Source: Candidatus Elulimicrobium sp. (GTDB lineage: Bacteria; Patescibacteriota; Minisyncoccia; Phycocordibacterales; UBA918). Taken from it: a stretch of DNA of 62,691 nucleotides. The notes beneath the pieces are model-generated. The model had not been told where the DNA came from and did no database searches. It was given only the letters and a program-made list of their open reading frames with translations. The position numbers were made by a program, and so were the translations under genes. The stretch lies in assembly GCA_022730015.1 (NCBI GenBank), contig DZBU01000003.1, forward strand, positions 1-62,691, in the 5' to 3' direction. Every line of letters begins with the position of its first letter. The first letter of the stretch is position 1. Of this stretch, positions 61,507-62,691 are shown piece by piece.

Positions 61507-62054
61507 TATTTAGCCGGACAAACGATCGGGTCGGTGATGCGTTTGATCAGATATCGTATCGAAACAACGAGAAGCACTACTCCGAACACTCCAAACTCAA
61601 CGCCACCAAATGGCAGCAGTAGTAGCAATCCACCCGCCCCAAATAATCCTAAAAGACCAGTGAGAACGACCGACCCACACGCCGCGCAACCGATACCGAG
61701 CATAGCGCTCACCAAGCCACCCAGACTCGCAAAATGGGCGACAGTTCCGCTGCTTGCCTCTTGTCGGCGACGAATATAAAAGGTCAACAGTGCAATGTTC
61801 ACCCCAAAGAAAAGCGCTGTGATCGTGAGAAGAAGTGCTGAAAAAAGTGTGAAATTGGTCGTCAAAGTACCATAGAGCGTGAACAAGAAAAGAAGCTTAT
61901 CGCCCACACTGATCGCACCAGAACCGACCACTTGTACAATCGCTGACCAATTAGGAAGCAACAGTGCCGCAGAAAAAACCAAGCCAGACACAGCAAGTGC
62001 TCCCACCACGTAGCGAGGGTGACGAAACACACGCTTCAGGACACCTCCAGTCAT
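61503..62054 (-). CDS. Small polytopic membrane protein with an intramembrane CAAC motif, coupled to the upstream DsbA-type gene
   Basis: 183 aa with 4-5 TM segments. It has LGIGCAACGSVVLTG and a C-terminal IVCPAKY. Its ATG lies 1 nt after the upstream stop, and its stop overlaps the convergent mltG stop (TTAA). Confidence 0.5.
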   Translation of the reverse strand: MTGGVLKRVFRHPRYVVGALAVSGLVFSAALLLPNWSAIVQVVGSGAISVGDKLLFLFTLYGTLTTNFTLFSALLLTITALFFGVNIALLTFYIRRRQEASSGTVAHFASLGGLVSAMLGIGCAACGSVVLTGLLGLFGAGGLLLLLPFGGVEFGVFGVVLLVVSIRYLIKRITDPIVCPAKY

Positions 62055-62055
62055 G

Positions 62056-62691
62056 CTATTTTAGATAGCTATCGGCGAATTTCCAGAACCCTTCGTTCCC
62101 CTCGAGCTTTGCTACACACTCAGCCGCAACAGCGACAGTTTCTGCGTCTGGATGCAGCTGTGCGAGTGGGAAATGGCGATACACCCACGCCACTTCAGTT
62201 GCTGGATACTTTGCCACGAGCGCATTCATGGTCGCATGGAAACGAGTACAGAACGGACAATCAAAGTCTGAATATTCAACAATGACAACCTTGGCGTCAC
62301 GATTACCTTTGACATGATCACTCTCATTGACTGGAGTCATTTTCTCTAGCGCCTGTGCTTCTTCACTGTCTGCGGCTGGACCTTCGCCTTCAGCCATTGC
62401 AAGCTGGATCATTTGCTCGATCGTCGCTTGTGGCAAAGCGCCACTGAGTGGATACTTCTTGCCACTAGGACCAACAATAATCGCCCATGGCGTTCCCTTG
62501 CCACCAGTCGCAACGGCATTACTAATATCCTCTTGCACCAAAGGAAGGGTTTCCTTTTGTTCCAAACAGCTAGTAAAATCTTTCTTATCAGCACCGGCCG
62601 CGACAGCAAGATCGAGGAGTCGATTACCAGAAGAAGCTACTGGTGAAGGAGCGGCAGCGGGAACACTCCCACCAAAATACAAACCAGCTCC
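62056..62691 (-). CDS. DsbA/thioredoxin-fold protein, 5'-partial at the window edge: the C-terminal half of one DsbA domain followed by only the N-terminal half of a second
   Basis: The reading frame is open to the window end. The first part has the cis-Pro region GKGTPWAIIVG. After a linker come VVIVEYSDFDCPFCTRF (CPFC) ...WVYRHFPLA...EGFWKFADSYLK and then a stop, so a second cis-Pro/beta4-beta5 part is missing. Confidence 0.7.
   Translation of the reverse strand, partial: GAGLYFGGSVPAAAPSPVASSGNRLLDLAVAAGADKKDFTSCLEQKETLPLVQEDISNAVATGGKGTPWAIIVGPSGKKYPLSGALPQATIEQMIQLAMAEGEGPAADSEEAQALEKMTPVNESDHVKGNRDAKVVIVEYSDFDCPFCTRFHATMNALVAKYPATEVAWVYRHFPLAQLHPDAETVAVAAECVAKLEGNEGFWKFADSYLK

Noticed and set aside
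1-62691. Window-wide look for CRISPR arrays, IS elements or transposases, integrases, phage genes, toxin-antitoxin pairs, restriction-modification or other known defence systems, and for UGA/UAG recoding.
   Set aside because: I found no regularly spaced direct repeats and no DDE/tyrosine/serine recombinase, reverse transcriptase or nuclease-helicase defence motifs. The only methyltransferase (58892-59629) is a small-molecule-type class I enzyme with no partner nuclease. Long uninterrupted ORFs with conserved proteins argue for the standard code.

Overview
This is a 62.7-kb chromosomal segment with about 66 protein-coding genes. It carries one canonical tRNA, Ser(GGA), and next to it a 135-nt tRNA-like structured element. 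I recognised no rRNA, CRISPR array, transposase, integrase or phage genes. Long ORFs read cleanly in the standard code, so nothing suggests UGA recoding.

Housekeeping genes present: groES-groEL, typA/bipA, secG, RNase J, htpX, lemA, htrA, mltG, a pseudouridine synthase, an ECF sigma factor, umuDC, a class II photolyase and a MutY/Nth-like glycosylase. Biosynthetic genes are almost absent, while secreted or membrane proteins of unknown function are very common. These include dockerin, WxL-like, DUF916-like, CAP, thrombospondin-type-3, LRR, DUF4114/DUF642/SpaA-like and bactofilin-like domains, plus a class-F-type sortase. I infer a small-genome, surface-protein-rich bacterium, plausibly Patescibacteria/CPR. 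This is inference only, since no marker rRNA is in the window. Genes from 0 to 35 kb are almost all on the minus strand.

Most noteworthy observations:
1. A four-gene WxL/DUF916 (Csc-type)-like surface cluster that ends in a dockerin protein (111-4809).
2. A sortase translationally coupled to a 1056-aa multidomain protein with no LPXTG signal (10483-14299).
3. A divergent pair of an unclassified P-loop protein and an ATP-grasp ligase (53332-55418).
4. The tRNA-like rod-shaped element beside tRNA-Ser (28255-28389).
5. Two metal-homeostasis operons with perfect palindromic operators (24.7-28.2 kb).
6. A DsbA-type gene coupled to a small polytopic membrane protein with an intramembrane CAAC motif (61503-62691).

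CDS coordinates come from the supplied ORF track, and I moved some starts to internal Met codons where noted. Hand-derived coordinates of hairpins and operators may be off by 1-2 nt. All family calls rest on motif recognition by eye, not on database searches.
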